Assembly (NCBI RefSeq): GCF_009834535.1
Contig: NC_045696.1
Location: forward strand, 111,354,001 to 111,418,000
Source of the DNA: Camelus ferus
Taxonomy: Eukaryota
Direction: 5' to 3'
DNA: 64,000 nucleotides
Positions 38,346 to 51,199 of this stretch are shown here, in pieces; position 1 is the stretch's first letter, and every line of letters begins with the position of its first letter. The notes beneath the pieces were generated by a model. The model was given only the letters and a program-made list of their open reading frames with translations, made no database searches and was not told the origin of the DNA. A program made the position numbers and the translations under genes.

Positions 38346-39062
38346 CAAATGTATATATATCTTAATTTTTCTATCACTCAACTACTTCAAGTCCCTATTC
38401 TCCTGGATGGAAGATATTTAACCTCCATGAATTTAGGTAATTGCATTCATATAAAAGATTTTCTCGTCGATGGAAGACCCTTCCCATTTCTCCCCAGACT
38501 ATTGCTAACTCCCCAGGGTTCATATAATACTCAGGGGGGAGCAATGATGGATCAACACTACTTGCCCGCTTGTGGGCCACTAGTTCTCATATGCTCTTTG
38601 GCTCTTGGTTCCTTACTTCTTCCGAGTAAGTTCCTTTTTCCACTTAAGCCCTCCCCAGGTCCTCTGGCCTCAGTACCACCTTAGTACTGCCCTGGACATG
38701 GAAGGGAGAAATTCTAGCCTTCCCGGCACTGCACTGTCAGACCTGGTAAGGAAGCAGCAGGCCCGCGATCACGAAGAGCTCATCTGGGACTCATTGCCTC
38801 CCCACCTCTCCTTGTTTGGATGGCGAGGCTCCTGAGACCTTGTGATTTTCTCAGCCTTCATCCAGAAAGCAGTGCATTGGCAGGGCCCCTGCAGGTATGC
38901 AAGGAACTTTGTGTAAATCAGAGAAAAATTATCTCTTCTTTATGGACAAATTGCCAAGATGTATCTCCTCCCAGTGGGCCAATTAGAAGCCTACTTTTCC
39001 CTTGGTCTGAAGGCTTAGGGAACAGTGTGTAAGCTGGATTTCGGTCCCCTTCTCCGTTCCTT

Positions 39063-39602
39063 TGTTAGGTAGTTAGATAAGTGAGGGCACAGGGCAGACA
39101 AGGTGGAGGACAGGGAGGATGGCCCCAAAGATGGAGTTATGCCCGCCCTCAGCATAAAGAAGCTTTACTTCCTCTAAACAAGCGCCAGCAAGAAACTGGT
39201 TAGAACCCGACAGCTACAACTGTGCAGTAGTGACAAGGACCTAACCAGATATGACCCAATGATTATTGTAATATAAATAGCATTGCCGTTTAGGTGCCCC
39301 ACCCCATGGGTTTTTCTGTGTGCATCATGGGTAAGGACATGTGCAAAAGGGGTGAGCATGACTCAGCCCTCCAGGGGCAAGAGACCACTTCTAAGTGAGG
39401 GTATAAGAGAAGGGGGCAATCAAAGATGGTTGCTATCCATCCTTGGATCAGCCCACCTCCCATTCCTGGAGGTGTATTTTCCCTTTGTTGATAAAACCTT
39501 TAAAACCTTTTGCTACACAACACTTCTATCTCCTGTCTCAATTCTTCTCTTTTGGATAAGACAAGAACTGGGGTCTTTTTTCCTTCCCCTTTTGGGGTAA
39601 CA
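39063..39602 (+). mobile_element. ERV1-class solo LTR (540 bp) with perfect 4-bp TSD
   Basis: TGTTAGGTAG...GGTAACA termini; CCTT at 39059-39062 and 39603-39606; TATAAG at 39402; GATAAA (polyA-signal variant) at 39490. Confidence 0.9.
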
Positions 39603-40040
39603 CCTTGGCCAAGGTTTGAGGGCCCATGCAGTGCTATCCTAGATCAGGGGCTCAGCTCCCTCCTCTGTCCCTGTTATCTCACCCTGTCCGCCTTCTGACC
39701 AAGATTCAGCCAGGTGCTTCAGCTTCTTCTATTTCTTCTTTCACTCTCAGTCTTCTACCTCCCCATCTTGAAGGGAGCGACAACTTTCTCTGGTCACAAA
39801 ATTGTCTTTCTCTCTCAATGGGCATGACTCAGGCTTTTTGAGAAACACAATGACTTTTCTCTCAAGTAACTGTCCCAGCCATGCACATCAAAAGATTATT
39901 TTGGGACTCAAAAGTTAAGACTTGACTGCTTCTTCCTGTCTGTATTTCTGTGTGACATCTCTACCCAAGGTGAGTGATGCTGCAAGGTCTTGTTGCCCCA
40001 GAGGAGGCAGGATCACAGGCTAAAGAACATACCCGGGGAC

Positions 40041-40390
40041 CACGGCAGCCATGGAGGTGCACTGTTCGGATTTCCTTCAAGAAGCACCTTACCATTTAGT
40101 CGTAGAGTGAGGTTGGCTGATCCAGGTGTGGTGCCCACAGGACCTTGAGCTGGGGCTCTTCTTGCAGATCCTGTAGCCAATTACTGATCATAGTGGCTGC
40201 AGAGGGCTTGGCTATTTCCTCCCCAGACAGGACTCCTCTTACGGATGATTTTTGCTGTGGGCTCCCTGCTGGACTGACACTTGGCTGAATCTATGTCAAA
40301 GCTACATCACAGGCTAAGAGTCATCCTCTCTGTTTCCTCTCTATCTTTCACAAGTGTTGCCCCTCAAAGAAAACCTCCTGTGCTCTGACA
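40041..40390 (+). mobile_element. LTR16-family (ERVL) LTR
   Basis: ggcagccatggaggtgcactgttcggatttcccttcaag matches the recalled LTR16 5' end. Confidence 0.75.
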
Positions 40391-43300
40391 CAGGTCTGAA
40401 AATACTTTAGCAATCAATTAAATAATGCTTTATCAAAGAGCAGATTATTGAACCAACCAAACATTCAGTAAAATTCCTGTTGCCCCTAATTGTGATCTCT
40501 TGTTCTGTTGGTCTTCGTTTCTTCCTAAAAATGTGAGGGAAAGCAGTTATGTGCCCGGGTAAATCACTCCAATTTGCAGATATCCAAACGCAGAGATGTA
40601 ATCGTCCCTGTAGTCTCTCCTGCCTTCCATCCAGTCATTTCAGCCGCAGCAACAGCAACGAAGAGCTGCCGCTCACCCCGAAGCAGCAGTTCTACTTTAA
40701 TACGTTCCCATTTTATTTGAATTAGCTTTCAAAACAAGTCCAAGTGAATAAATCAAAGTGAGTTGGAAGATGTCAGAAGTGCTTGTTCGGTAAGACACTT
40801 CTTGGCAAAAAATGGAACACACGATTTTCATTACACGTAATGCAAAAGCCATGGAGGGTAATAACATAGTCTTTTAGGTATGTGCATATTCTCCTAACTA
40901 TAAGCTCCACGTAGATTATGTTATGAGCACTTTGTGTTGAAGAGGTGTAAGGACAGGCCTGCGGGAGAGAATAGAACCCTTGAGCGGAGTAACACGTTCT
41001 GAGTGCACTGCAAACGCGTGACACGGCTTTCCAGGGCGGCTGCCGGCAGCGGAGATGATGCGTGCGCTGCACGTTACAGTGAAGGTGCAATTTCACTGTA
41101 GGCGTGCTACAGACAGATGTTGTGTCAGTGAAGACTTTTGCTTCTTTTGAAGAATTGTACAAAATGACTTCAGCAGGAACATCATTGCTGTAACACCCGG
41201 AGCACCATGGAAGGTCAGAGTGTGGGTCAAAATACACATTTGGATGTGAAAGATACGTTGTCTGATCATCTGAAAAATTAATTACCTTACTTTTGCTCAT
41301 ACTTCACACTAGGCGTTGTGTAACGCCGTGTGGAAAGGGAGTAGAGGATAAGAACGGGGAGAGGAGTTTAGGGAAAGAATGCAGTCCATCAGTCCGTGAC
41401 CTCCGCAAGTTTACTGCCTACTTTCAGGAATTTCGTACAGGGAAAAGAGATTGTCCAGTAAATCAGAGCAGTGGGGAGTGAGGGACAGATAATTAGAGAG
41501 AGTGAGAGAGAAAAGAAAATTATATTGCTTGCAAACCAAAAGATCTTCCTTCCAAGAATCTAGATCAGTACTCTTTAACTGTGTACAGTCACCTTAAAAC
41601 ATCTCACCTCTGTCCTTAGCACTCTGTCATTGGAATCTCTCAAATTCCTTAGTGGAAAGGACAGAAAAGAAAATGGAAAACCAAGGGTTAAATGAAGAGT
41701 CTGACAGAATTGGAAGGTTTTCCTAGAGTCTCTGTTATTTTTTTAATATTTTGTAGAAGTAGAAAGGCAATACCCCTCATGTACTAATAACTTATTTTAA
41801 TCACCTCTATTTTTGACATAATCATGTATGCTTCTTAACTTCTTCACATGTGGTGTTTAATAGGGGTTGGCCAACCAAGAAATTAAAAGGAAGCCAAGCA
41901 GTCCAACTGGTGGCTGAGTGTTTTAGGGCCTCCAGAAATTACTTCTGTGTCAACAGGATCTTAACATCTATCCTGAACTCATAACAGAATTCATCTTTGT
42001 TACAGAATCTTGAAACAGCAAATGAAGACTTCTTGTTGAGTAGAATCACTTCGCTTCTTTTCCGCTGTGATTTTCTGTCCTCTGCAGACCCAGAGATCCC
42101 CTTTAGTCTCTCCCTGAGTGTCTTGATGAGTAAATTAAAGGATAAATTGAGTGCCTGTCTTATTTGATTTCCTCAGGAGTGAGTGTAATGACAGCTAGGC
42201 TATCTAAATGTGCAAATAGCTTAAAAAAGATTTGTTTTTCCAAGGACTCTATTCTCTGGCTAACTCCTTATTGACCACAGGTCTGACAAAACATGCTTTA
42301 GAAAGTGAGTGAAGAATTATTGTCTCAGTGGAAAAGTGCCCAAAGTGAAATCACCTCCAGCCTACCAAAAACACCCTTCACTCCAATGTCAATTATGGAT
42401 GCGCCTTAGATTCCATCAAAGCAGCAAATATTTTTGTTTTCCCCTTGGATAAAAAGAATTCATTTGAAAGGCTATTTTGCCTTTGTTTTACTTTCAGGAA
42501 GCTGCTCTTTCCTTTCCTTTATCCTAATGTCATGCCCTCCATAGCAACCAACATAGTTAAAAATAACTAGAATCACCTTGGGTAATCTAAGAACACATGG
42601 AAAGGTTTGGGAGGAAAAAGGAAAGTGAGGAACCATGGTGGCAAATCACTTAGTGGGGGGGGGGGAAGCAAATCTCAAGGACTGAAAAATCTCTGTGTGA
42701 CCTCACATCTTCCTTTCAATCTGTTCCTTTTTGCAAAAATATTTGAATTAACATTCATCTCTGGGGAATCTATAAGTCACTGAGGGACAAGGACTAAACA
42801 ATAGTGAGAAATAAACATGACTTTCAACGCAAATCTGTATTTATCACCAGTTCTTTGCAGACAAAGATTATGGAGATTTACAGAGGACGTTGAAGCTCAC
42901 TTCCCTGGACTGCGAGGAGCCAATGTCTGGATAGTTGTGGCCAGTTCCCAGTACCGCTATGATTGAAGAGAAAAAAGATCAGTATTAGACAATTTATTTT
43001 TTAAATGGTGGCCTGCATCAACTTTTCCAAGGACACCTAAAATCAAAACCCAGAATCTTCCTAGACAGTGTTATTTGGATCCCTTCTCTAATCAAAAATT
43101 GGACTAATTTCTGTTTTGCACAATTATGGAAACTATTCCGTGCCAGAAGTTCCATTAAAACAAGACATTATTCAAAAACCATTCAGTGTTAGCCTTGATG
43201 TAAACCCACTGGACAGATTACTAAGGGCCAAATAACCAGTTTCAAACTTCAGAAAAAATAATGACAATTGAAACTGCTCCCTTAGTGTATCGACCTGATA

Positions 43301-43869
43301 TGATTGCATCCAAGTTCAGAGAAAAATCCATAGCCTTAAGTGCTTATATTCATTAATAATAAGTAATAAAATAAACTAATGTTCAATTAAAATAATTATG
43401 GAAAACAAGTAGATACACCAAGGAATAAAAATAGATTTAACAAAGCTAAACGATCAGAAAATAATAGATTAGAAAAAAGGGATAATAAATGAGTCAAAGC
43501 TGATATTTATAAAATAAAATAAATATGTATCTATATGACTATTAAGCTGTAAAAGAAGGTAAAATATAAATGTTAAGAATAAGATAATAGGAAAATAACT
43601 GCAGTTAAACAGGAAAGTAAAAGAATTGTAAGGGATAAGTTTGTTCAACTATGTTTATTAATTAGAAAGATTATACAAATTAAAATTTTTAATGAAAAGA
43701 TAATTCATTAAAATTGGCCCAGTGTAATATAGTAAGACAAACCAAAAAGTATATTTCAACTTGGACTTCACTTGAAAATCATCTAGGTTGTTTTTAAAAG
43801 GTGATAAATCAACTCTAGACTAAATCAGAACTTCTGCAACTATTTATAATGAAGTAACATCTGGAAACA

Positions 43870-44910
43870 ATGATTCCATCAAGGATTAGAGAAATGAGAC
43901 AACACAAAGTACCTTTTATGAAGTTATTGTAGAGCTTCACAGGCAGCCAGACTTTAAAGAGGAAGCTGTAGAGAAGGAAAGTCCAAGAGGTGAGCTGATA
44001 TTCTGCAAGTCACCTTTCCTTTGGGGGCACATGCTGATGCATGGAGCAGAAGCAAAAGCCTGGGAATACAAGCAAATAAAGTCTGTGAAGAGGCAGAAGA
44101 GTCGGCAAGGCTTTGGAAATCTCACAGGGCTGAGGGGGAATAAATTAGAATTCAAGGATGGCAAGGCAGTCAAAACTGGAAGGACCAAGATCCCAGAGAA
44201 GGATAATACAGAGATGTGAAACTTAAAGTTTTCCTCCAAAGACATTTACTTAATTCTCAAGTCGTCCATGCCAAGGGGTTAAAAACCCACGCAGAAAGCC
44301 CAGGTCGTGCAGAGAGAAGTTCCTGAAAGTCTCACGGTGCTGACCAGATTAAAACTGGAATTTGGGACTTGCCTCCCAAGGAGGCAATACTAGACTCTCA
44401 GTCGAAAACCCTAGAGGGTTACACTCCAAAAGCAAAGGGAAATCAGACATAGACTGAGCTTTCCTAAGACCTAGTTTAAGTCCGTTCAGTTCTGGGTTGG
44501 ATTAAGCTGAGCTACCCCAACAACACCCACAGCATCCACAATTTTTCATGCACAAAGTTCAGACTTGAATAAAAAAATTTGTGAGGCATATCAAGAAACA
44601 GGACCAAGAGGATAAAAAGTAGGCAATAGAATGCACAACAAGTGACTCAGTTATCAGTAATTAGTCATATTTTTAAAAATAGATGTACTTAATGCATTCT
44701 GAAGGATTTTATGGGCCAACTAAAATTTACTTTAAAACTAATTAAATGGGAATTCTCAAAATTAAAATACAGCAACTAAAATTAAGAACTCAATAGTTTT
44801 TTGGGTGTTTTGTTTTGTTTTGTTTTGTTTTTTTACTGCAGGCTTGACGTAGCAGAAGAGAGAATTAGTTAACTGGAATACAAATCAGTAGAACATCAGG
44901 CTAAAGCACA
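43870..44910 (+). mobile_element. Ancient L1 5' UTR / ORF1 start
   Basis: aaaaatttgtgaggcatatcaagaaacagg...aaaattaagaactcaatag...gcagaagagagaattagttaactggaa (ORF1 coiled-coil start); (GTTTT)n inside at ~44806-44834. Confidence 0.65.
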
Positions 44911-47654
44911 GATGCCAGGGTATGTGTTAATTTCCTCCAGGACTTAAAAAAGAAAAACAACAACATCTGGAACAACTGCTATTGTTAAAGTCACTGTTAA
45001 GTTCTTAATAGGCTGTCATTCTTAAAAATCTACCTACTTTCAACTGAGGCTACGCATGGGCTTTAAATGAGGATGTGCTAGAGAGTATGCCCTGTGCCTT
45101 TAAATCCTCCAATACTTAAAAGTTGTATTCATCTTTGTGTCTCACTCAAGGGTGCTGTATCACTTTGAGATATGATTTTTATGGGGAAGGAACACTCCAG
45201 AGGCTTCCACTTGACCCTACCTACTATAAAAGTCCTAACTTCATAAATCAGAGAGCCAGTGTGGGGATTCTGCCAACTATACAACCAGAAGCTTGGAAAA
45301 TATTTACAGGGTTGGTTCATTGACCTTCTGAGCCTACCATGAGTAGACTTGAGACAAAACTCCATTTATTACCTAATTTTCATGAGTCTCCCAATGACCA
45401 GTGGGCCACAGCCGAAGTACTGAGAATCTAACTAACAACAACAAAGTGCATTAATTAAAAATGAATATTCAGTATTGTTCCCAAAATCTAAACTTTTTTT
45501 TCTTTTTTTTTGCCCCAAGTCAGAATGATATCAGTAAATGATCTCAGGTGTCCTTTGGGATGTCTTGGAGAATCACATTCCAAGCCTGAGATGTTATATA
45601 ACACGGTCCTTCTTTAAGGGGACCTAGTTGCCACTTAACAAAGGAGGTCTGAGTATGGTGATGCAAATCATCTCTTTGTTCAGACTTTCCCCCTAGTTAT
45701 CCAGACCAAGAGAGACTTTAACAGACTAAAGTCTAATTTTGGTCTTGGGGACTCCTCAAGCTTTTACACACTTTCAAAATTCTCTGAGGGTCAGTCCATT
45801 CTGGTTATTAACACAGCTTCACCACTATTAATGGAACCATCTCTTCTAGGCACTTTGCCAGCAATTTGCCTCTTTCTCCATTCTCAGAATTCTATTATTC
45901 CCACTGAAATCAGGAAACCTACTTCAATAACAATATCCCCCATCTCTACAACCATCAGACTAAACTGGTCAGGCAAAATCTCTGATGTATAGCTTTCCTT
46001 ATTTCTAGGCGACATCAGTAGGATATAGAACTCCCTTCAGGCCCTTAAGGAGGATCAGAAGGCAGCCAAGCAGAGAGTCACCATCCCTGCTTTGGGACTT
46101 AACACAGTGAAGGGTCAGATGAATTAAGATTCTAGGGGTGAATATGACACTGTCTTGGAGCAAATGTGAGCCCAAGGTTGGCCTAGTCACCAGGAGAGAG
46201 TTATCAACTTTCCTCACCAAGCTGGGAGACGGGTTATAAGTTCCGGTGGTTGACTTCAGTAGAGGACGCCCCAGAAAGAAGAACAAGCAGATATAACAAA
46301 AAAGTCACCTTCAAGAACCATAAAGCCCTGGAGGAACACGTGAGGACCTGGCTGTTTTCTTTACGGGGACACAGAACCTTTGCTTCCCCCACAGCAATAG
46401 GCCCACATGTCACTTAGAAAGAAGCCAGGATAGACAGATCTGAAAATTAAGAGTGTCATTTAAAATGACCATTTAAATAGCAGAATAGACCAAGTTTTTA
46501 ATTTAAAAGATTAAAAGTTATTATTTTTCCATGATAGGTGAATGTCTTGACTTTTGCGAATGATCAGATTAATTATCTCAATATTTTTTTACAAATCTAC
46601 ATTGTATGCATGTTAACTTACTGTGAGTAAAATGTGTGAATATAGTATACTTTAAAAAGAAACTTGAAAATACAAAAAAAAGAGAAAAGTTCCCATGTAG
46701 AGAATCATCATGAGAGATCTAACATATCTGTCCAATCAGCTATCCAACTGTCCTAGGAATAAAACATAACAAGACATGAGCAGAAATTATATTAAAAAGT
46801 ACTTGATTAATATGAGAGGATTAAAAAAAGATACCCAAAGTTTCTGCATATAAACTATATAACTATATTCCCCGGGCATATAAAAATCCATATAAAAATA
46901 TTTTAAAGTGATACCATGAAAAATTCCTAATCTAATAAAGTTGAATTTCTTAACATTCTAGATTCAGCAAATGTGCCCAAATTCTCTTTGTTATCTTTCA
47001 TATGCCATTAGCCTGAAATTTCCTGGAATAAATCAAATTATGTTGCTCATGATGAGTACCTAAATAGATATATGCATTTTTTTTTCTGTCCAACATTAGC
47101 AGTTCCTAAATTTTCCCTGATGTTTAAAAACCTAAAATTGTTTAGGCACTATAGTTGGAACAACTTGATGAGATTTGGGGTCTTATGATTCTTTTCAGGA
47201 AATTGATGTGGTACATATTTTAATACCCTCACTCAGTCTCACTCTATTCTAACCTACTGCAAGATTTTAGTCTGATTTTCCCAGGCATGCCAAATATAAT
47301 TTTCCTGAGCATATAGGCCATGAATACTGAATACCTAATAATTCATGCTACTGGGAAAGGTACAGCAAATTGTGTTCATAAAATGTGAAATTTCTGACCA
47401 GTTATGGAACATAGCTAATAATACAGCATTATCGGCTCACTTCCATCAACTTCATGATAATGAAAGTAGAGAATGAAGAAACATGGATGCTTTCTAACTT
47501 TTTTTAAAAAAAATTGTAAAACCTCTTTATTAAGAAAAATTTCAGTTAAATATAAAAATAAATAATATTGTAATGAACCCCATAATCACAACCACCAGAT
47601 TTAATAATTATAGATGTGACACTTCCTTGCTTCATTTCTTTTTTCCTTGCTTAA

Positions 47655-48622
47655 ATTTTTTTAAATTTAATTTTCTCCTTCCAGTTTTATTGAGATATAA
47701 TTGACATACAGCAATGTATGAGTTTCAGATGTACAGTGTAATGATCTGACTTACATCATGAAATGATGACCATATAAGTTTAGGAAACATCCATCTTCTC
47801 ATATAGATAAAAAAGAAAAAGGAAAAAATGTTTTTTCTTGATGTGAACTCTTAGGATTTACTCTCTTAACAACTTTCATATATAAACATATAGAAGTGTT
47901 AATTATAATAATTCTACTGAACACCATATTCCTAGATTTATTCCTAGGTAGTTTGTTCTTTTTGCTGCAATTATAAATGGGATTATCTTCTTAATTTCTC
48001 TTTCTGATAGTTTATTGTTAGTGTCTAGAAATGCAACAGATTTCTGTATATTAATTTTGTACTCTGTAACTTTCCTGAATTCATTGATGAATTCTAATAG
48101 TTTTGTTCGTGATGTCTCTAGAATTTTCTATGTATATTATTGTCATCTGCAAAAGTGACAGTTCAACTTCTTACTTTCTAATTTGGATTCCTTTATTTCT
48201 TTTTCTTATCTGATTGCTGTGGCTAGGACTTCTAACACTATGTTGAAAAAAAGTGGTGAGAGTGGGCATCCTTGTCTTCTTAATCTTAGAGGAAATGCTT
48301 TCAGCTTTTCACCACTGAGTATGATGTTAGCTGTGCACTTGTCATATATAGTCTTCATTTTGTTGAGGTGTGTTTCTTCTATGCCTTCCAATCTGTAGGC
48401 TGCCTATTCAAGGGTGTGGATCTTGACTATATGCATTTTCACCCCCTCCTACCGATCTTATTGTGACTTCTTCTTTATATCTTTAGTTGTAGAAGATCTT
48501 TTCTGCTAGTCTTCAGGTCATTCTCATTGATAGTTGCTCTGTAAACAGTTGTAATTTTGGTGTGCCTGTGGAAGGAGGTGGGCTCAAGGTCTTCCTACTC
48601 TGCCATCTTGGCTACTCCTCTT
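47655..48622 (-). mobile_element. Internally deleted L1: 5' UTR start + ORF2 RT fragment + 3' UTR end
   Basis: Minus strand: gccaagatggcagagtaggaagacc... (L1 5' end, 48395-48622); [33 protein letters not shown]...FADD (47933-48390); L1MA-like 3' end (47655-47932). Confidence 0.8.
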
Positions 48623-48744
48623 CCAATGATTTTTACTCTTAATTGTAACATAAAATACCAAATAAATTTGAGCCCACTGTAAGACAGGAATACGCATTCA
48701 GAAGGAGAAATCATTTTCTTTCACTACTCAAAAGCACTAAAAAA

Positions 48745-48945
48745 CAATCAATTCATTGAAAAGACATTTTACTAAAAATCTAACAGGTACAATACAAGTT
48801 CTTGTACTAACGTGCTGAGGCTTATGAGATGAATGAAACTCTAAGTCTAGTAGAGAAAAGGGTTATGAATAGAATCTAAATGGTAGTATGTACTATGATA
48901 TGGGATAGAAAATATATAGATAGATGATAGATAGATAGATAGATC

Positions 48946-48989
<44 letters not shown>

Positions 48990-49640
48990 TTGATGCTAGG
49001 AAAGTAAGACACTCAAAACAGCTAATTTTGCCTGGGGAATTTGGGGAAATCTATACAAATACATACATGCTTGAACAAGGTTAAAGGTGAGCAGGGTAAA
49101 AGATTAATGGGAACACGTCAGGTAGAAAAAGGAGACATGGGGCAGGCATCCCAGACAAGCAGGACAGCACATACCAAGTCAGGAGGGAGTGGCAGGATGT
49201 AGGGCATGCATGTGGAAGGATGGCAGGAGACAGTCTCAGAGGGAGGCTAGGTGCAAAGCACTGAAAGCCTTCCTGGACTGTACTAAGAGGTTTGGACTTT
49301 TCTTTATAGACAATAAGGAGCCTTGGAGGTTTTAAAGTGAGGGAGTAAAGTGATTAGATTTGAATCTTAGAGAAACCAATATGAGAGGTGAAATGAAGAA
49401 CACAGTGGAGTGGGAAGAGAAGGGTTAGAGCAATAGGCAGGTAAGAAAACACGAAGGACTGAAGGAAGACGCCAAAGGGAGGGTTCAGATGCTATTCAGG
49501 TGATGCACTTATGATACTAGGTGACAGGCCATGTGGGTGTAAACAAGGTATGAATTGTGGGTAGTTCTCAGCTTCCTAGCCTTGGCAGAAAAGAAAAGCC
49601 ATAGTGGGGAAATTGTAACTTTGGTTTCAGACACTCAAGT
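48745..49640 (-). mobile_element. LINE-2 fragment
   Basis: aatcaattcattgaaaagacattttactaa tail; tactaagaggtttggactttt...ggagccttggaggttttaaag. Confidence 0.7.
48917..48989. repeat. (GATA)n tetranucleotide microsatellite, interrupted
   Basis: Directly visible. Confidence 0.97.
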
Positions 49641-51199
49641 TTCTATCTAAAGTTTTATAGATCGATACATTTATTCAGAGGTAATTTGGTCAGAAAATTC
49701 AGGGCATACCCAGGTTTCATTCAAAGAAGGTGATTTCTGGTTCTACAGACCATCACGATGTTCTATAATTTTAATGAAACTGTGTAAAAAATCTGATCAA
49801 TAGTTTCCATCAACCAAATAAATATAATGCTATCTAATAACACAATCTATCAAAAGTTTGCAAAGTGTGTGATGTGATTTAGCAGCATTATAAATTTCTT
49901 CACCCTTCTCAAAAACAACTGTAATACTGCAATAGAATTTTATCAGACTAGAACTCTTAGTAAATGGGTCACGGTTCCATTTATCATTCTTTTAAATGTT
50001 AATTTAAAGTATGTTTGGACAACTCTGGATGAAATTTTCCTAATATTTAAAATAGTCTGTCTTCTTTATTTGCATGTATTGAACATAATTTAAACTTTTT
50101 TGATCAATAGAAGTGATTTTTCTGAACATCAATTTTAGTCTTTATTATGATGATTCAAATTCTATTGACAATTTGTTCCAACATTATATGATCCCAAACT
50201 TAAATTCATTTTTGTTTACTTTGCCCAGTTCTCAAGTAGTTTACTATGAAATTTTTCAAACAGACATTTGCCATTTTAATAGGTTTTTGTCACTTTGTCA
50301 CTCATCCTTAGGTATCAGGTTATCAGTTCTCACATTTGCTTTTTGAATGTGCTTAACTCTAGCAAGCTTTCTTTGACTTTTCTACTCTCATCTACTGCAA
50401 CAAGTTTTTGTTACAACCATGCGGATGGTACAGGTGCCTCCGACAACTCATTTGGGTGCCTCTGCCACCTCCAAGCAAATGGCTATTTTTTATGAAACAT
50501 TCTCCTTTGGTGACCAGAGCATGTCCCAAGTTGATTAAAGTCCAGAGGCCTTAAATATGAAACGCTGGTGCAACTTAATATAGTGATGGCTTCTGAATTT
50601 AGGCTCAAACGTGGTTAAAGCGTAAGAAGATGGGATGACTTCCTCTTGGGCGGCACTGGATAAGACCCAGGTTCACCCAGCTAGCTCCTTTTCCCCCAGT
50701 GTAGCCTGAGCACAGGGGCAGCCAGCTTGCCCTGTCCTTGCCATTGTCCCCCCTGCCGCTCACGAGTCGTATTCCTCTTCACCCCTGAAGGACTGGGGCC
50801 CAATTTTCCAGGGAACCTGCAGATCATGAGAATGAAACCCATTCCCCTTCTTAGTAACTTGGTCTGTTGGCTCTGGGCGCCCTTTTGGCCTAAACTCCCC
50901 CTACTTTCTTCTTCCCTGGGCCTGGAGAGGGTTAGGGAGATAGCACCAAAGTTTGCTTTTGTTTTTTCTGACATCTTGTCAGTCTGTTCTCTATTTCAAA
51001 GGAAAAGAGCCCGCATTAGTTTCACTCTAGCAACTGGATAATTAGTACCTTAATCACATGTAAATGCCGAGGTGGTTCAAGCTCTGTAAAAGAAGCAGCA
51101 AGGTGTTTGTGCTCCTCAGCCGCAGGGCGCTGTAATCAGGAGGGCGCACAGTCCGTGCCACGTTCGTTCTGGCAGCTAAGTCACTTCTGCGGCGGCAGA

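Noticed and set aside
41069..41090. Iron-responsive element (CAGTGA loop)
   Set aside because: No 5-bp upper stem and C-bulge geometry around CAGTGA
42655..42665. G11 run as a G-quadruplex element
   Set aside because: A single short homopolymer with no supporting context
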